DNA of 64,000 nt from Thermoplasmata archaeon UBA61 (GCA_002503985.1 DASW01000001.1:10508-74507); one strand, 5' to 3'. Positions 18,856-29,423 are shown, counted from the first letter of the stretch. Made by a program: numbers and translations. The notes: generated by a model from the sequence alone, not told the origin.

Positions 18856-21171
18856 GTGGTTGAGGCGGAGCGGGAGCGCATCGAGATTCGCGTCCGGGGC
18901 ACTGTTCAGGGTGTCGGCTTCCGGCCGTTCGTCTACCGACTTGCTCGGGAGTTGGGAGCAGTCGGTTGGGTGCTGAACGACACACAAGGTGTGCTGATTC
19001 AGGCCGAGGGATCTCAGCCAATACTTGAGGAGTTCCTCCGTCGCCTGACCGTCGAGGCGCCCCCACTCGCAGTGGTCGAATCGGTCGAGTCAAAACCTGT
19101 GCCCTGCTCCACCGAGGAAAGTTTCAGAGTGCTGGCCAGCCCTCCCGCGGGTTCCCGACAGACGGTAGTGCCCCCCGACGTGGGGACGTGCCCTGACTGC
19201 CTCAGAGAGATGTGGGACCCGACCGACCGACGATTTCGCTACCCGTTCCTGAACTGCACGAACTGCGGTCCTCGCTACTCGATCATCGAAAGCCTTCCGT
19301 ACGACCGTCCCCGGACCTCGATGAAACAGTTCGAGATGTGCCCGGCCTGTGACGAAGAGTACCGCGACCCGGGCAATCGACGCTTTCACGCGCAGCCGAC
19401 CGCTTGCCCGACGTGTGGTCCGGCTCTCACCTTCGAAGCATCGGACGGAGTCGCTCTCGCCACGAAGGGGAGAGTGATCGAAGAAGCGACGGGCTGGTTG
19501 AAAGAAGGAAGGATTCTCGCTCTCAAGGGGATTGGCGGGTTTCAGCTTCTCGCCGACGCCACGAACGAGGAGGCTGTCCACCGGCTTCGGGCCCGCAAGC
19601 AACGCGGACGGAAGCCGTTCGCTGTCATGTTCCCGAGCATCGCGTCGGCAGAATCGGTCGTGGAGGTGGACTCCCTCGCGAAGAGCGTTCTCGAGTCCCC
19701 GGCGAGCCCGATCGTGCTGCTGAACGGACGCGCGGAGTCGAAGACGCTGGCCCCGTCCGTGGCACCGCAGAACCCCCGGGTGGGCGTGATGCTCCCGTAC
19801 TCTCCGCTCCACCATCTGCTGCTCCGCGAGGTGGCTTTGCCGCTCGTGGCGACCAGCGGCAACCTCTCGGACGAGCCGATTTGCATCGACAACGGCGAGG
19901 CCCGGGAACGGCTGAGGACCCTGGCCGACGGGTTCGTGGTCCACGACCGGTCGATCGTTCGACCGGTCGATGATTCCGTGACCCAGATTCTTCGAGGGCG
20001 CTTGCAGATCCTCCGTCGCGCCCGCGGCTACGCTCCCCTAGCCATCTCAGCTGGCCGCCAACTGCCCGCGACGCTCGGGGTCGGTCCCCAGCTCAAGAGC
20101 ACAATCGCGGTGTCGCTCGGAGACCGGGTCATCGTCAGCCAGCATCTTGGGGACCTGGACAACGCCGAGACGTACGCCGCCTTCCGAAGGGCGGTCGACG
20201 ACCTCCGACAGTTCTACGATTGGTCGCCTGAACTTGTTGCGCACGACATGCATCCGGAGTACCTTTCGACTCGCTACGCCCTCGAGATCGGTCTGCCCAC
20301 GCTGGCGGTCCAACACCACTACGCGCACGTCCTTTCCTGCCTCGTGGACGCCGAGGTCGAACCGCCAGTCCTTGGGGTCGCCTGGGACGGGACCGGCTAC
20401 GGGACCGACGGTACCATCTGGGGCGGCGAGTTCCTTCGGGTCGACGCAAACGACTTCGAGCGCTTAGGCCATCTCCGCACCTTCCCCTTGGCCGGAGGGG
20501 ACACCGCAGTCCGTGAACCCCGCCGCTCCGCGGCCGGCCTTCTTTTCGAACTAGGAGGAGAACGTGCGCTCGAAGAGGGCGGAGCCGCGCTCGCGCCTTT
20601 CGACCGCGTGGAGGGACCGGTCGTCCGGGCGATGCTCCGTCGGTCCCTCCAAGTTGTTCGCACCAGCAGCGCGGGCCGCCTCTTCGACGGGGTCGCCTCG
20701 CTTCTCGGCCTGGTCCAGCGGAGCGACTTCGAAGGGGAAGCGGCGATGGCGCTCGAGTTCGCCGCTGGGGAGATTTTGCCCAACTCTCCCGAAGCGGCTC
20801 CCTACCCGTATGGGGTGACCCGGGAGAACGGTGCGTTCGTTCTCGACTGGGGCCCGATGGTCGAAGCAGTCTTCGCCGAGCGACAGCACGTTCGGATGGC
20901 GGCCGCGCGCTTCCATGTGACGCTCGCGACGGGCATCGCCGACATCGCCCGAAAGGTGGGAGAGCCGCGGGTCGTGCTGACCGGAGGCTGCTTCCAAAAC
21001 CGTCTCCTGACGGAACTGACCTTGGACCGACTATCGGAGGCGGGATTGGAACCCGTCTGGCACTCGCGCATTCCTCCCAACGACGGGGGAATATCGGTAG
21101 GTCAAGTCTGGGCAGCCGCGCGAGTTAAGACCCCTACCCGCATCGGTACCCCATCTTCGGCGCCGGAATAG
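18856..21171 (+). CDS. hypF: Hydrogenase maturation carbamoyltransferase
   Basis: VQGVGFRP acylphosphatase domain, two CxxC-x18-CxxC fingers, KGIGG, QHHYAH, DGTGYG, PPNDGGISVGQ. Confidence 0.97.
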   Translation: MVEAERERIEIRVRGTVQGVGFRPFVYRLARELGAVGWVLNDTQGVLIQAEGSQPILEEFLRRLTVEAPPLAVVESVESKPVPCSTEESFRVLASPPAGSRQTVVPPDVGTCPDCLREMWDPTDRRFRYPFLNCTNCGPRYSIIESLPYDRPRTSMKQFEMCPACDEEYRDPGNRRFHAQPTACPTCGPALTFEASDGVALATKGRVIEEATGWLKEGRILALKGIGGFQLLADATNEEAVHRLRARKQRGRKPFAVMFPSIASAESVVEVDSLAKSVLESPASPIVLLNGRAESKTLAPSVAPQNPRVGVMLPYSPLHHLLLREVALPLVATSGNLSDEPICIDNGEARERLRTLADGFVVHDRSIVRPVDDSVTQILRGRLQILRRARGYAPLAISAGRQLPATLGVGPQLKSTIAVSLGDRVIVSQHLGDLDNAETYAAFRRAVDDLRQFYDWSPELVAHDMHPEYLSTRYALEIGLPTLAVQHHYAHVLSCLVDAEVEPPVLGVAWDGTGYGTDGTIWGGEFLRVDANDFERLGHLRTFPLAGGDTAVREPRRSAAGLLFELGGERALEEGGAALAPFDRVEGPVVRAMLRRSLQVVRTSSAGRLFDGVASLLGLVQRSDFEGEAAMALEFAAGEILPNSPEAAPYPYGVTRENGAFVLDWGPMVEAVFAERQHVRMAAARFHVTLATGIADIARKVGEPRVVLTGGCFQNRLLTELTLDRLSEAGLEPVWHSRIPPNDGGISVGQVWAAARVKTPTRIGTPSSAPE

Positions 21172-21184
21172 GCCGGAGGGAACA

Positions 21185-21460
21185 ATGTGCCTTGCAATCC
21201 CCGGACGCGTTGAGAGCATCGACCCCGCCGACCCGACCCTGAGGATGGCCCGGGTCCGCTTCGGGGGGATCGTCAAGCAGGTCAGCCTCGCCTACACGCC
21301 TGAGGCCGCCGTCGGGGACTACGTCATCGTGCACGTCGGGTTCGCCATCAGCCGCCTCAACGAGGCGGAAGCGCAGCGGGTGTTCGAGTACGCCCGTCAG
21401 ATCGGCGAGCTCGAGCAGCTCAAGGACGGCTCTACCGCCGGGGGCGCTCCCGTCCGATGA
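21185..21460 (+). CDS. hypC: Hydrogenase assembly chaperone
   Basis: [15 protein letters not shown]; GGAGG upstream. Confidence 0.97.
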   Translation: MCLAIPGRVESIDPADPTLRMARVRFGGIVKQVSLAYTPEAAVGDYVIVHVGFAISRLNEAEAQRVFEYARQIGELEQLKDGSTAGGAPVR

Positions 21461-22590
21461 AGTACTTGGACGAGTACCGCGACGCGGCCACCGCGCGGAC
21501 CTACGCCGAAGCAATCGCACGGATGACCACCCGCCCGTGGACGATCATGGAGGTCTGCGGAGGCCAGACCCATGCGATTGTCCGGTTCGGGATTGACACG
21601 CTTCTCCCGCCGCAGATCTCCCTGCTGCACGGTCCCGGCTGCCCGGTCTGCGTCACTCCTCTCGAAGTGCTCGACCAGGCTGTCGATATCGCCGCGCGAC
21701 CCAACGTGATCTTCTGCTCCTTCGGGGACATGTTGCGGGTTCCCGGCTCCCAGAGCGACCTCTTCCAGGTCAAGTCGAACGGGGGTGACGTCCGGATCGT
21801 CTACTCTCCCGTGGATGCCGTCCAGGTCGCCCGAGAGAACCCGGAGAAGGAGGTCGTCTTCCTCGCCGTGGGCTTCGAGACAACGGCTCCCGCCAACGCC
21901 ATGGCGGTCCACCGGGCCAAGGAGGAGGGGATCTCGAACTTCTCGGTCCTCGTCTCGCACGTCCTCGTCCCGCCCGCGATGGAGGCGATCCTGAGCTCCC
22001 GCCACAATCGGGTGCAGGGATTCCTGGCCGCGGGCCACGTCTGCACCGTGATGGGCTACACGGAGTACGAACCGCTCGCCCGCCGCTACCACGTCCCGAT
22101 CGTGGTCACCGGCTTCGAACCCCTCGACATCCTCCAGGGGGTCTACCTGTGCGTGCGCCAGCTCGAGGAGGGACGTGCGGAGGTCGAGAACCAGTACTCC
22201 CGCTCCGTGCGTAGAGAGGGCAACCAACCGGCCCAGGAGCTGATCCGGGAGGTCTTCACCGTCGTGCCGCGGAAGTGGCGAGGGATCGGGGAGATCCCCG
22301 CGAGCGGCCTCGGACTGGCCCCGCCGTACGCGGCGTTCGACGCCGCCAAAAGGTTCCAGGTCGACTCTCATCACGCGGAGGAGAACCCGGAGTGCATCTC
22401 GGGGCTCGTTCTCCAAGGGATCAAGAAACCCCAGGAGTGCCCGGCGTTCGGAACCAAGTGCACGCCGACCCACCCCCTCGGGGCGACCATGGTCTCCTCG
22501 GAAGGGGCGTGCGCCGCCTACTACAAGTACCGACGCCACGAGACCGTGGAGCCGTCCCCATCGGCCGCCGTCGGAGGCGCCGCGCCATGA
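21457..22590 (+). CDS. hypD: Hydrogenase maturation protein
   Basis: [33 protein letters not shown]. Confidence 0.97.
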   Translation: MKYLDEYRDAATARTYAEAIARMTTRPWTIMEVCGGQTHAIVRFGIDTLLPPQISLLHGPGCPVCVTPLEVLDQAVDIAARPNVIFCSFGDMLRVPGSQSDLFQVKSNGGDVRIVYSPVDAVQVARENPEKEVVFLAVGFETTAPANAMAVHRAKEEGISNFSVLVSHVLVPPAMEAILSSRHNRVQGFLAAGHVCTVMGYTEYEPLARRYHVPIVVTGFEPLDILQGVYLCVRQLEEGRAEVENQYSRSVRREGNQPAQELIREVFTVVPRKWRGIGEIPASGLGLAPPYAAFDAAKRFQVDSHHAEENPECISGLVLQGIKKPQECPAFGTKCTPTHPLGATMVSSEGACAAYYKYRRHETVEPSPSAAVGGAAP

Positions 22591-23627
22591 TCGAGGATTT
22601 CGCCCTCCAATGCCCGATCCCGCTCGACGACAACCCGACCGTCCAGATGGGCCACGGGGGCGGGGGACGCATGACCCGCGACCTCATCGAGAAGATCTTC
22701 CTGCCCGCCTTCACCAACGACCTGCTCGCTCCCCTGCACGACGGAGCGATCTTGCCCCCGGTCGGAGGAAGACTGGCTTTCACTACCGATTCGTTTGTGG
22801 TGCGGCCGATATTCTTCCGGGGAGGGGACCTCGGCAGCCTCGCCGTCAACGGCACGGTGAACGACCTCGCGATGTGCGGGGCCCGTCCCCTCTACCTGAG
22901 CGCCGGGTTCATCCTCGAGGAAGGACTTCCCATCAAGGACCTCTGGCGGGTCGTCCGCTCGATGGCGGACGCCGCCGCAGCCGCTGGGGTCCGGGTCGTT
23001 ACAGGCGACACCAAGGTCGTCGACAAGGGCCACGGCGACGGGATCTTCATCAACACCGCCGGGGTCGGCGTCATCGAGACCCGCCTCACGATCGGGCCGA
23101 TGAGCGTGCGGCCGGGCGATGCTATCCTCCTCAACGGCGACATCGGTCGCCACGGGATCGCCGTGATGGCCGAGCGGGAAGGGCTCGAGTTCGAATCCGA
23201 CATCTCGAGCGACTGCGCCCCGCTCAACGGTCCGGTCTTGGCACTTCTCGACGGCGGGGTCGAGGTACACTGCCTGCGTGACCTCACCCGCGGCGGGCTC
23301 ACGAGCGCGCTCATCGAGATCAGCGAGTCGGCGAACCTCCCGATGCGGGTCGAAGAGGAGACCGTGAGCGTCCAGGACGGGGTTCGGGGGGCCTGCGAGA
23401 TCCTCGGTCTGGAACCGTTCTCGGTCGCGAACGAGGGTCGGTTCATCGCCTTCGTGCCGGCGGGAGAGGCGGAGACCGCCCTCCGGTTGCTCGGCTCAGG
23501 CGCGGCGGTCATCGGTGCGGTCGACCCGCCCGGGAACCAGCCCCCGCTGGTCCGGGTGCGAACGTCGCTCGGCACGAGCCGCATCCTGGACCTACCCAGC
23601 GGGGAACAGCTCCCCCGGATCTGCTAG
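22587..23627 (+). CDS. hypE: Carbamoyl dehydratase
   Basis: HGGGG, TTDSFVV, GDTKVV, RDLTRGG, C-terminal PRIC. Confidence 0.97.
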   Translation: MIEDFALQCPIPLDDNPTVQMGHGGGGRMTRDLIEKIFLPAFTNDLLAPLHDGAILPPVGGRLAFTTDSFVVRPIFFRGGDLGSLAVNGTVNDLAMCGARPLYLSAGFILEEGLPIKDLWRVVRSMADAAAAAGVRVVTGDTKVVDKGHGDGIFINTAGVGVIETRLTIGPMSVRPGDAILLNGDIGRHGIAVMAEREGLEFESDISSDCAPLNGPVLALLDGGVEVHCLRDLTRGGLTSALIEISESANLPMRVEEETVSVQDGVRGACEILGLEPFSVANEGRFIAFVPAGEAETALRLLGSGAAVIGAVDPPGNQPPLVRVRTSLGTSRILDLPSGEQLPRIC

Positions 23628-23682
23628 GGCGGCCTTCGCAGAGGGCCGCCGAGCGGCCCCTGCGACGTACCGGTCGACGGGC

Positions 23683-24603
23683 TCAGCGAGTGTAGGTGAG
23701 CCACGACTCGTACTCGGGTGCTTTCCCGTGGATGGCGGCTTCGTACCGGAGGCGTAGGCGCTTCGTGATCGGGTAGGACCCGGTCCCGATCGGGCGTCCG
23801 TCGACCTCCCGGATGGGCATCACGCCGGCGGCCGAACCGGTGTAGAACAGTTCGTCCGACGTGAACAGCTCCTCCCGGGTGAAATCCGTCCGGTGGAACG
23901 TGAGGTGCTCGTCCTTCAGGAACTGGATGACGCTGTCACGAGTGATCCCTCGGAGGATCCCCGAGCTCGCGGGCGGCGTGCTCACGACGTCCTTCATCAC
24001 GCGGAAGATGTTCTCGCCGGGCCCCTCGGCGACCATACCCGAGCCGTTGAGAAGGATCGCCTCGTCATACCCGCTCGAGACCGCCTGCATCTTGGCGAGC
24101 GCCGAGTTCGCATAGTTGGCCGCGCACTTCGCCTGCGGAGGGAGCGAGCGCGAGTCCATCCGCATCCAGCTCGACACGGTCGCGCGGATCCCTTGGTCGA
24201 CCCCATCGCCCAGGTACGCGCCCCACACCCAGTTGATGACCGCGACCTGGATCGCGCTCTTCGTCGGGTCGAGCCCCATCTCGCCGTACCCCGAGAACGC
24301 GATCGGTCGGAGGTACGTCTCGGGGATCCCGTTCGCGCGGACGAGGTCGATGCACGCCTGGTCCAGCTCCGAGCGGTTGTAGGGGATCTTCATCCGATAG
24401 ATTTTGGCGCTGTTGAGGAACCGGTCATTGTGTTCGGGGAGACGGAAAATGGCGGGTCCCTTCGGGGTGTCGTGGCACCGGATCCCCTCGAAGACGGCGT
24501 ATCCGTAGTGAAGACCGTGAGTGAGAACGTGGATACGGGCGTCGTCCCAATCCACGAGGCGACCGTCGAGCCAGATCTTCTTGAGCGGGCGGATCCCGAC
24601 CAT
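23683..24603 (-). CDS. ilvE: Branched-chain amino acid aminotransferase
   Basis: LHYGYAVFEG, AK..ANY, EGPGEN, ILRGITR. Confidence 0.95.
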   Translation of the reverse strand: MVGIRPLKKIWLDGRLVDWDDARIHVLTHGLHYGYAVFEGIRCHDTPKGPAIFRLPEHNDRFLNSAKIYRMKIPYNRSELDQACIDLVRANGIPETYLRPIAFSGYGEMGLDPTKSAIQVAVINWVWGAYLGDGVDQGIRATVSSWMRMDSRSLPPQAKCAANYANSALAKMQAVSSGYDEAILLNGSGMVAEGPGENIFRVMKDVVSTPPASSGILRGITRDSVIQFLKDEHLTFHRTDFTREELFTSDELFYTGSAAGVMPIREVDGRPIGTGSYPITKRLRLRYEAAIHGKAPEYESWLTYTR

Positions 24604-24702
24604 GGGAAATCGGACGCGCGGACCCCGAATTAACTGAGCGTCAACCCGGCCTCACCTGCGGCTCATTAACTATGCAACGGGCTAGTTGATGTGGGGTTGC
24701 CC

Positions 24703-25557
24703 ATGATCGAAATTCGCTTCCACGGTCGGGGTGGCCAAGGCGCCGTCCTCGCCTCTGAAATGCTCTCTCAGGCCGCCTTCATTGACGGCAAGGTTCCTCA
24801 GAGCTTCCCGTTCTTCGGCGTCGAGCGCCGGGGCGCCCCGGTCACCGCGTTCTTCCGGGTCGACGACCACCTGATTCAGATCCGCACCTCGATCACTCAG
24901 CCCGACATCGTGGTCGTTCTCGACCCGGGTCTCCTCAAGGTGATCCCGGTCGCGGACGGTCTCCGCCCCGGCGGCCTCATGCTCGTGAACTCCCGCCGTC
25001 CCCCGGCGGAGATCGAGGCGCCCCCTGGGGCGCGCCGGGCGACCGTCGATGCTTCGCGGATCGCGCTCGCGCACGGCCTGGGGTCGAAGACGATGCCGGT
25101 CGTGAACACGGTCATCCTCGGCGCGCTCGCGCGCGCGAGCGGCGTCGTTTCGCTCGAGGCGATCTCGGCGGCGATCGAGAAGTACGCCCCGGCGAAACCG
25201 GCCCAGAACCGGGATGCCGCGATCGAAGGGTACGGCGCGGTCCGGACCATCGACCCCACCACCTCTCCGGTCCCGCCGGTCCCGAAGGTACCTCACCCCC
25301 TTCCTCCCCTCCCGGAGGGTCCGATCGCCTCCCGACCGACCACGAGCATCCACACATCGTCCTGGCGCACGCTGACGCCGGTGATCCACCTCGCGCACTG
25401 CACGAAGTGCAACTTCTGCTGGAAGTTCTGCCCCGACGATGCGATCGGGTTCGACGACCAGGGGTTCCCCGTGATCAAACTCGATTACTGCAAAGGGTGC
25501 GGGATCTGCGCGGAAGAATGCCCGCCGAAGACGATCGAGATGATCTCGGAGGACTGA
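24703..25557 (+). CDS. 2-oxoacid (pyruvate/ketoisovalerate):ferredoxin oxidoreductase, fused gamma + delta subunits
   Basis: [20 protein letters not shown]; Pro-rich linker; TSSWRT, CTKCNFC..CP and [12 protein letters not shown] 2x[4Fe-4S] motifs. Confidence 0.92.
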
Positions 25558-25570
25558 AGGAGGGTTCGAG

Positions 25571-26749
25571 ATGACGGTGATGGTCCTTTCGGGGAACTCC
25601 GCCCAGGCGCACGCCGTCCGCCTCGCGCGGGTCCAGGTCGTCTCGGCCTACCCGATCACCCCGCAGACGTCCATCGTGGAGAAGATCGCCGACCTCGTCG
25701 CGACGGGCGCGCTCAAGGCCGAGTACGTCCAGGTCGAGTCCGAGCACAGCGCTCTCCAGGTCGTGGTCAGCGCCTCGGGGATGGGCGCGCGGACCTACAC
25801 GGCCACCTCGAGCCACGGCCTGCTTCTCATGCACGAGCTCGTGCACTGGGCCTCGGGCGCCCGCGACCCTATCGTTATGGGCGTCGTCAACCGCGCCGTC
25901 GGTCCACCCTGGAACATCGGCGCCGACCACACCGACTCGATGAGCCAGCGGGACACCGGCTGGATCCAGTTCTACGCGGAGAGCAACCAGGAGGTCATCG
26001 ACACGGTCCTGATGGCGTTCCGTCTCGCAGAACATCCGGACGTTCGCCTCCCCGTGATGGTGATGGAGGACGCGTTCTACCTATCGCACACCCTCGAACC
26101 GGTGGATGTCCCCGACCAGGCGGTCGTGGACGGGTTCCTTCCCCCGCGCGAGGCCCATGCGACCCTACATCCGGGCACCTCGGCTCGGCTCGGGTCGTTC
26201 ACGGGACCGGACCGATACGTCGATTTCCGATTCGAAGTAGCGAAAGCGATGGAGCGGGTGCCGGCGACCTTGCGCCTCGTCGAGGAAGAATACAAGAAGG
26301 CCACTGGGCGCTCCCACGGCGGAGCCGTTCCCACGTACCGGGTCGACGACGCGGACGCCGTCCTCATCACGATGGGGACCTCGACCACGACCGCCCGGAC
26401 GGTCGTCGACGACCTGCGGGCTCAGGGCAAGAAGGTCGGCCTCGCGAAGCTCCGTCTCTTCCGCCCGTTCCCCAACGAGGAGATCCGGGCCCTCGGGGCC
26501 ATGGTCGACCGGATCGGCGTGGCCGACCGTTCGTACACGTTCGGCCCGATGGGCGCGGCCGGCACCGAGGTCTCGGCCGCACTCTACCCGTCCTCGCATC
26601 ACCCCGCGGTCACCGGTTTCTATGCCGGGATCGGCGGTCGCGATGTCACCCCCCATGTGGTCCGGAGGATGTACGAATCGCTCCTCTCCGGAGCGGTCCC
26701 CGAAGTCCATTGGGAGGACATCGAAGAGGAGGTGTCGGTCGATGGCTAA
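25571..26749 (+). CDS. porA: 2-oxoacid:ferredoxin oxidoreductase alpha subunit
   Basis: YPITPQT, ESEHSA, TATSSHG, LFRPFP, GIGGRD. Confidence 0.93.
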   Translation: MTVMVLSGNSAQAHAVRLARVQVVSAYPITPQTSIVEKIADLVATGALKAEYVQVESEHSALQVVVSASGMGARTYTATSSHGLLLMHELVHWASGARDPIVMGVVNRAVGPPWNIGADHTDSMSQRDTGWIQFYAESNQEVIDTVLMAFRLAEHPDVRLPVMVMEDAFYLSHTLEPVDVPDQAVVDGFLPPREAHATLHPGTSARLGSFTGPDRYVDFRFEVAKAMERVPATLRLVEEEYKKATGRSHGGAVPTYRVDDADAVLITMGTSTTTARTVVDDLRAQGKKVGLAKLRLFRPFPNEEIRALGAMVDRIGVADRSYTFGPMGAAGTEVSAALYPSSHHPAVTGFYAGIGGRDVTPHVVRRMYESLLSGAVPEVHWEDIEEEVSVDG

Positions 26750-27686
26750 GCTTACCCTACCCGCCCAGGAGCTGATGTTCTCCGGACACTCGGCGTGCCC
26801 CGGCTGCGGAGCGGCGCTCGCGATGCGCCTCCTCCTGAAGGGCCTCGGCCCGCGCACCGTGGTCTCGGTGCCGGCGTGCTGTTGGACGGTCATCGCCACT
26901 CCCTACCCGACCACGGCGCTCGGGGTCGCCATGATGGACAACCCGATCGAAGCGACGGGGGCGTCCATCTCTGGCATTCGAGCGGCGCTCGACGCCATGG
27001 GAGAGAAGGACGTCACGGTCGTCGGGTTCGCGGGAGACGGCGGGACCGCCGACATCGGGATCCAGGCGCTGAGCGGCATGCTCGAGCGCCGGACCAACGC
27101 GCTCTACGTCATGTACGACAACGAGGCGTACATGAACACCGGCGTCCAGCGGAGCGGAGAGACCCCGCTTGGCGCCTGGACGACCACCACCCCCGTCGAG
27201 GGGCACGAGCACGGGAAGATCGAGGCGAAGAAGGACATGATGGCGATCGTGCTCGCACACCACCCCGTGTACGCGGCGACGCTGAACCCGAGCTTCCCCG
27301 AGGACTTCGAGCGGAAGGTGGAGAAGGCGAAGGCGATGAGCGGTCCGAGGTTCTTCGACATTTTCGCCCCGTGCTCGACGGGCTGGCGGTTCGACGCCCA
27401 GAAGACGATCGCGATCGGCCGCCTCGCGACCGACACGGGCGTCTTCCCGCTCTACGAGGTCGAGAACGGCCGCTACCACGTCACCCGCAAGGTCGGGAGC
27501 CTGAAGCCGGTCGAAGAGTACCTCCACGCGCAGGGCCGATTCCGCCACTTGACCCCCGCGAACATCGCCGCGGTCGGTGCCCAGGTGCGGGATGGCTGGG
27601 AGAAGCTGCTGACGTTCGAGAGCGAGTCGCTGGTCGCCCCGACACCCTCGGCGGCCCCCACCGCGCCGCCCGCTACGAGGGCCTAA
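26742..27686 (+). CDS. porB: 2-oxoacid:ferredoxin oxidoreductase beta subunit
   Basis: GHSACPGCG, GDGGTADIG..DNEAYMNTG (TPP motif), PCSTGW. Confidence 0.93.
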   Translation: MAKLTLPAQELMFSGHSACPGCGAALAMRLLLKGLGPRTVVSVPACCWTVIATPYPTTALGVAMMDNPIEATGASISGIRAALDAMGEKDVTVVGFAGDGGTADIGIQALSGMLERRTNALYVMYDNEAYMNTGVQRSGETPLGAWTTTTPVEGHEHGKIEAKKDMMAIVLAHHPVYAATLNPSFPEDFERKVEKAKAMSGPRFFDIFAPCSTGWRFDAQKTIAIGRLATDTGVFPLYEVENGRYHVTRKVGSLKPVEEYLHAQGRFRHLTPANIAAVGAQVRDGWEKLLTFESESLVAPTPSAAPTAPPATRA

Positions 27687-27690
27687 ATAG
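27683..27690 (+). promoter_or_regulatory. Candidate TATA box of tRNA-iMet
   Basis: CTAAATAG about 25-30 nt upstream of the tRNA 5' end, overlapping the porB stop. Confidence 0.55.
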
Positions 27691-27713
27691 GCCACCTTCC
27701 TCGTCCTCGCCGC

Positions 27714-27816
27714 AGCGGGGTAGGGTAGTCAGGAAAACGGCCGGCGTCGCCGACCGTCCTGAAATCCCGACGGGCTCATAACCCGTAGATCCATGGTTCA
27801 AATCCATGCCCCGCTA
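27714..27816 (+). tRNA. Initiator tRNA-Met(CAT) with a 28-nt D-loop intron (about 27736-27763)
   Basis: AGCGGGG/CCCCGCT acceptor (A1-U72), ACGGG-CTCATAA-CCCGT with three G-C pairs, CATGG-TTCAAAT-CCATG T arm; removing the insert restores GGGTAGTCAGGAAATCCC D arm, 75 nt mature. Confidence 0.93.
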
Positions 27817-27892
27817 TCCGACCCGTGTCAACCGCGCTTCTCGCGTTCCCTAGTACGATACCATTGACCGGACCGGATTCGCGGGCCTCCAA

Positions 27893-28387
27893 TCAAGAGT
27901 AGCTCGCGGTGAACGAGACGCTCGTCCAGACGGTCGAGTCGTAAGGGACGTAGTTCACGAACGTGTAGCTCGTCTGAGTTGCGAGGAAGGCGCAGGTCCC
28001 GCCCGTGCCGTCTTCGATACAAACTAGCTGATCGACAACGGGGGTCGGGCAGCCTCGCGGGGGGCACGTGATGTTCTCCGTGGGCGGCGGGGCGGTACAC
28101 GTCGAAGGATGGCTACTGATCGGGGTCCAGACCGCGAACGTTGCGTTTCCGCTGCCCTGGAGGGTCCATTGAACAGTCACCACAGAACACTGCGGGAACG
28201 CGAGCGGCATCGACAGGTTGCCAATCGCTTGGCTCAACGAATAGGGACCGAGGGTGCCTCCCGACCCGGACGATGACGACGGGGGAGGGAACGCGGCTAC
28301 GACGACCGCGATGACAACAACGGCCACCAACACGCCCACAACGAGCCAGTTCCGCCGTCGGGCCGCAGGGCCCGGGCCGTCGAGCAT
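27893..28387 (-). CDS. Hypothetical membrane-anchored extracellular Cys-containing protein
   Basis: RRRNW + hydrophobic helix, Ser/Gly linker, 6 Cys, N-x-S/T sequons. Confidence 0.7.
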   Translation of the reverse strand: MLDGPGPAARRRNWLVVGVLVAVVVIAVVVAAFPPPSSSSGSGGTLGPYSLSQAIGNLSMPLAFPQCSVVTVQWTLQGSGNATFAVWTPISSHPSTCTAPPPTENITCPPRGCPTPVVDQLVCIEDGTGGTCAFLATQTSYTFVNYVPYDSTVWTSVSFTASYS

Positions 28388-28513
28388 GGTGGCAGGACTC
28401 ACGGTGGTCCACCCGCTGGTGGCCACATGGTGGACGGTCGCATAATCCCGTCGGAGACAGCCGGGCCTCGGGACCCCCGACCGAGGTCAAGGGCTGTTGT
28501 ATTCGAACCCAAG

Positions 28514-29284
28514 CTAGAACTTCGGGGGTCTCTTCTCTAGGAATGCTTGGATCCCTTCGCGGTAGTCCCTCCCGAAGTAGACATCCCGTCGGAGGCTCTG
28601 GAGGTACTCGTACGTCGCCGGATTGATTGCCACCGCCTCGCTCAGCACCCGCATCGCCTCTTTGGAGGCCGCGATCGACGCCGCCGACCGAGTCGAGATC
28701 GTCTTCGCCGTGCGGTAGACCAACGCTTCCAGCTCGGCCTCCGGCACGATCGCGTTCACGAGACCCGCCCGTTCCGCCCGCTCGGCCGAGATCGGCTCGG
28801 CCGTGAAGACCATCTCCTTCACGATCCCGATCGGCAGTCGGTTCATGAACGTCAGGAACCCGCCCGCGTTGTACGGCAGCCCCAGCTTGGCCGGCGTGAG
28901 CGCGAACGCGGCCGTCTCGTCCCCGAAGACGAGGTCGCAGTTCATCACGAGGTCGCTCGCTCCACCGAACACCGTCCCGTGGATCATCGCGATCACCGGT
29001 GCTGGGAAGGTCTTCACCGCCCGCAGCATGTGCTCGAACGGGTCCGTGTATGGCAACGGGTCCACGTCCGACTTCGGTAGCTCGGACACGTCGACCCCCG
29101 CCGACCACACCTTCTCGTTCCTCGCCGTACGCAGGACCACCACCCTCGCGGCTTCGTTCTTGAACTCGGCCAGGGCCCCGACCACCTCCGCGATCAGCTC
29201 GCTTCCGAGAGCGTTACGCTTGTCGTAGTGGTCGAGCGCGATTGTCCCGATCTTCCCTTCCAGCTTCTTCTGAACCAGCGTCAT
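28514..29284 (-). CDS. scpB: Methylmalonyl-CoA decarboxylase (ScpB-like crotonase)
   Basis: KVWSAGVD, DPLPY.DP, PAKLGLPYN, DYREGIQAFLEKR. Confidence 0.78.
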   Translation of the reverse strand: MTLVQKKLEGKIGTIALDHYDKRNALGSELIAEVVGALAEFKNEAARVVVLRTARNEKVWSAGVDVSELPKSDVDPLPYTDPFEHMLRAVKTFPAPVIAMIHGTVFGGASDLVMNCDLVFGDETAAFALTPAKLGLPYNAGGFLTFMNRLPIGIVKEMVFTAEPISAERAERAGLVNAIVPEAELEALVYRTAKTISTRSAASIAASKEAMRVLSEAVAINPATYEYLQSLRRDVYFGRDYREGIQAFLEKRPPKF

Positions 29285-29423
29285 GATGGTTTCCTTCCAA
29301 GGCTCCGGATTTATCCCGCTCGGCCCGGCGCTCCGGGTTCCTCGGGACCGTTACCGATGTTATAGCCCTTCGACCCGGGCGGCTCCGGCCGCCCGCGCGC
29401 GGACGGCGTTGGTCCGTTCGTCT

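Noticed and set aside
28495-28515. GGTTCGAAT on the minus strand, like a tRNA T loop or att site
   Set aside because: No T stem or acceptor stem, and no match to the tRNAs in the window.
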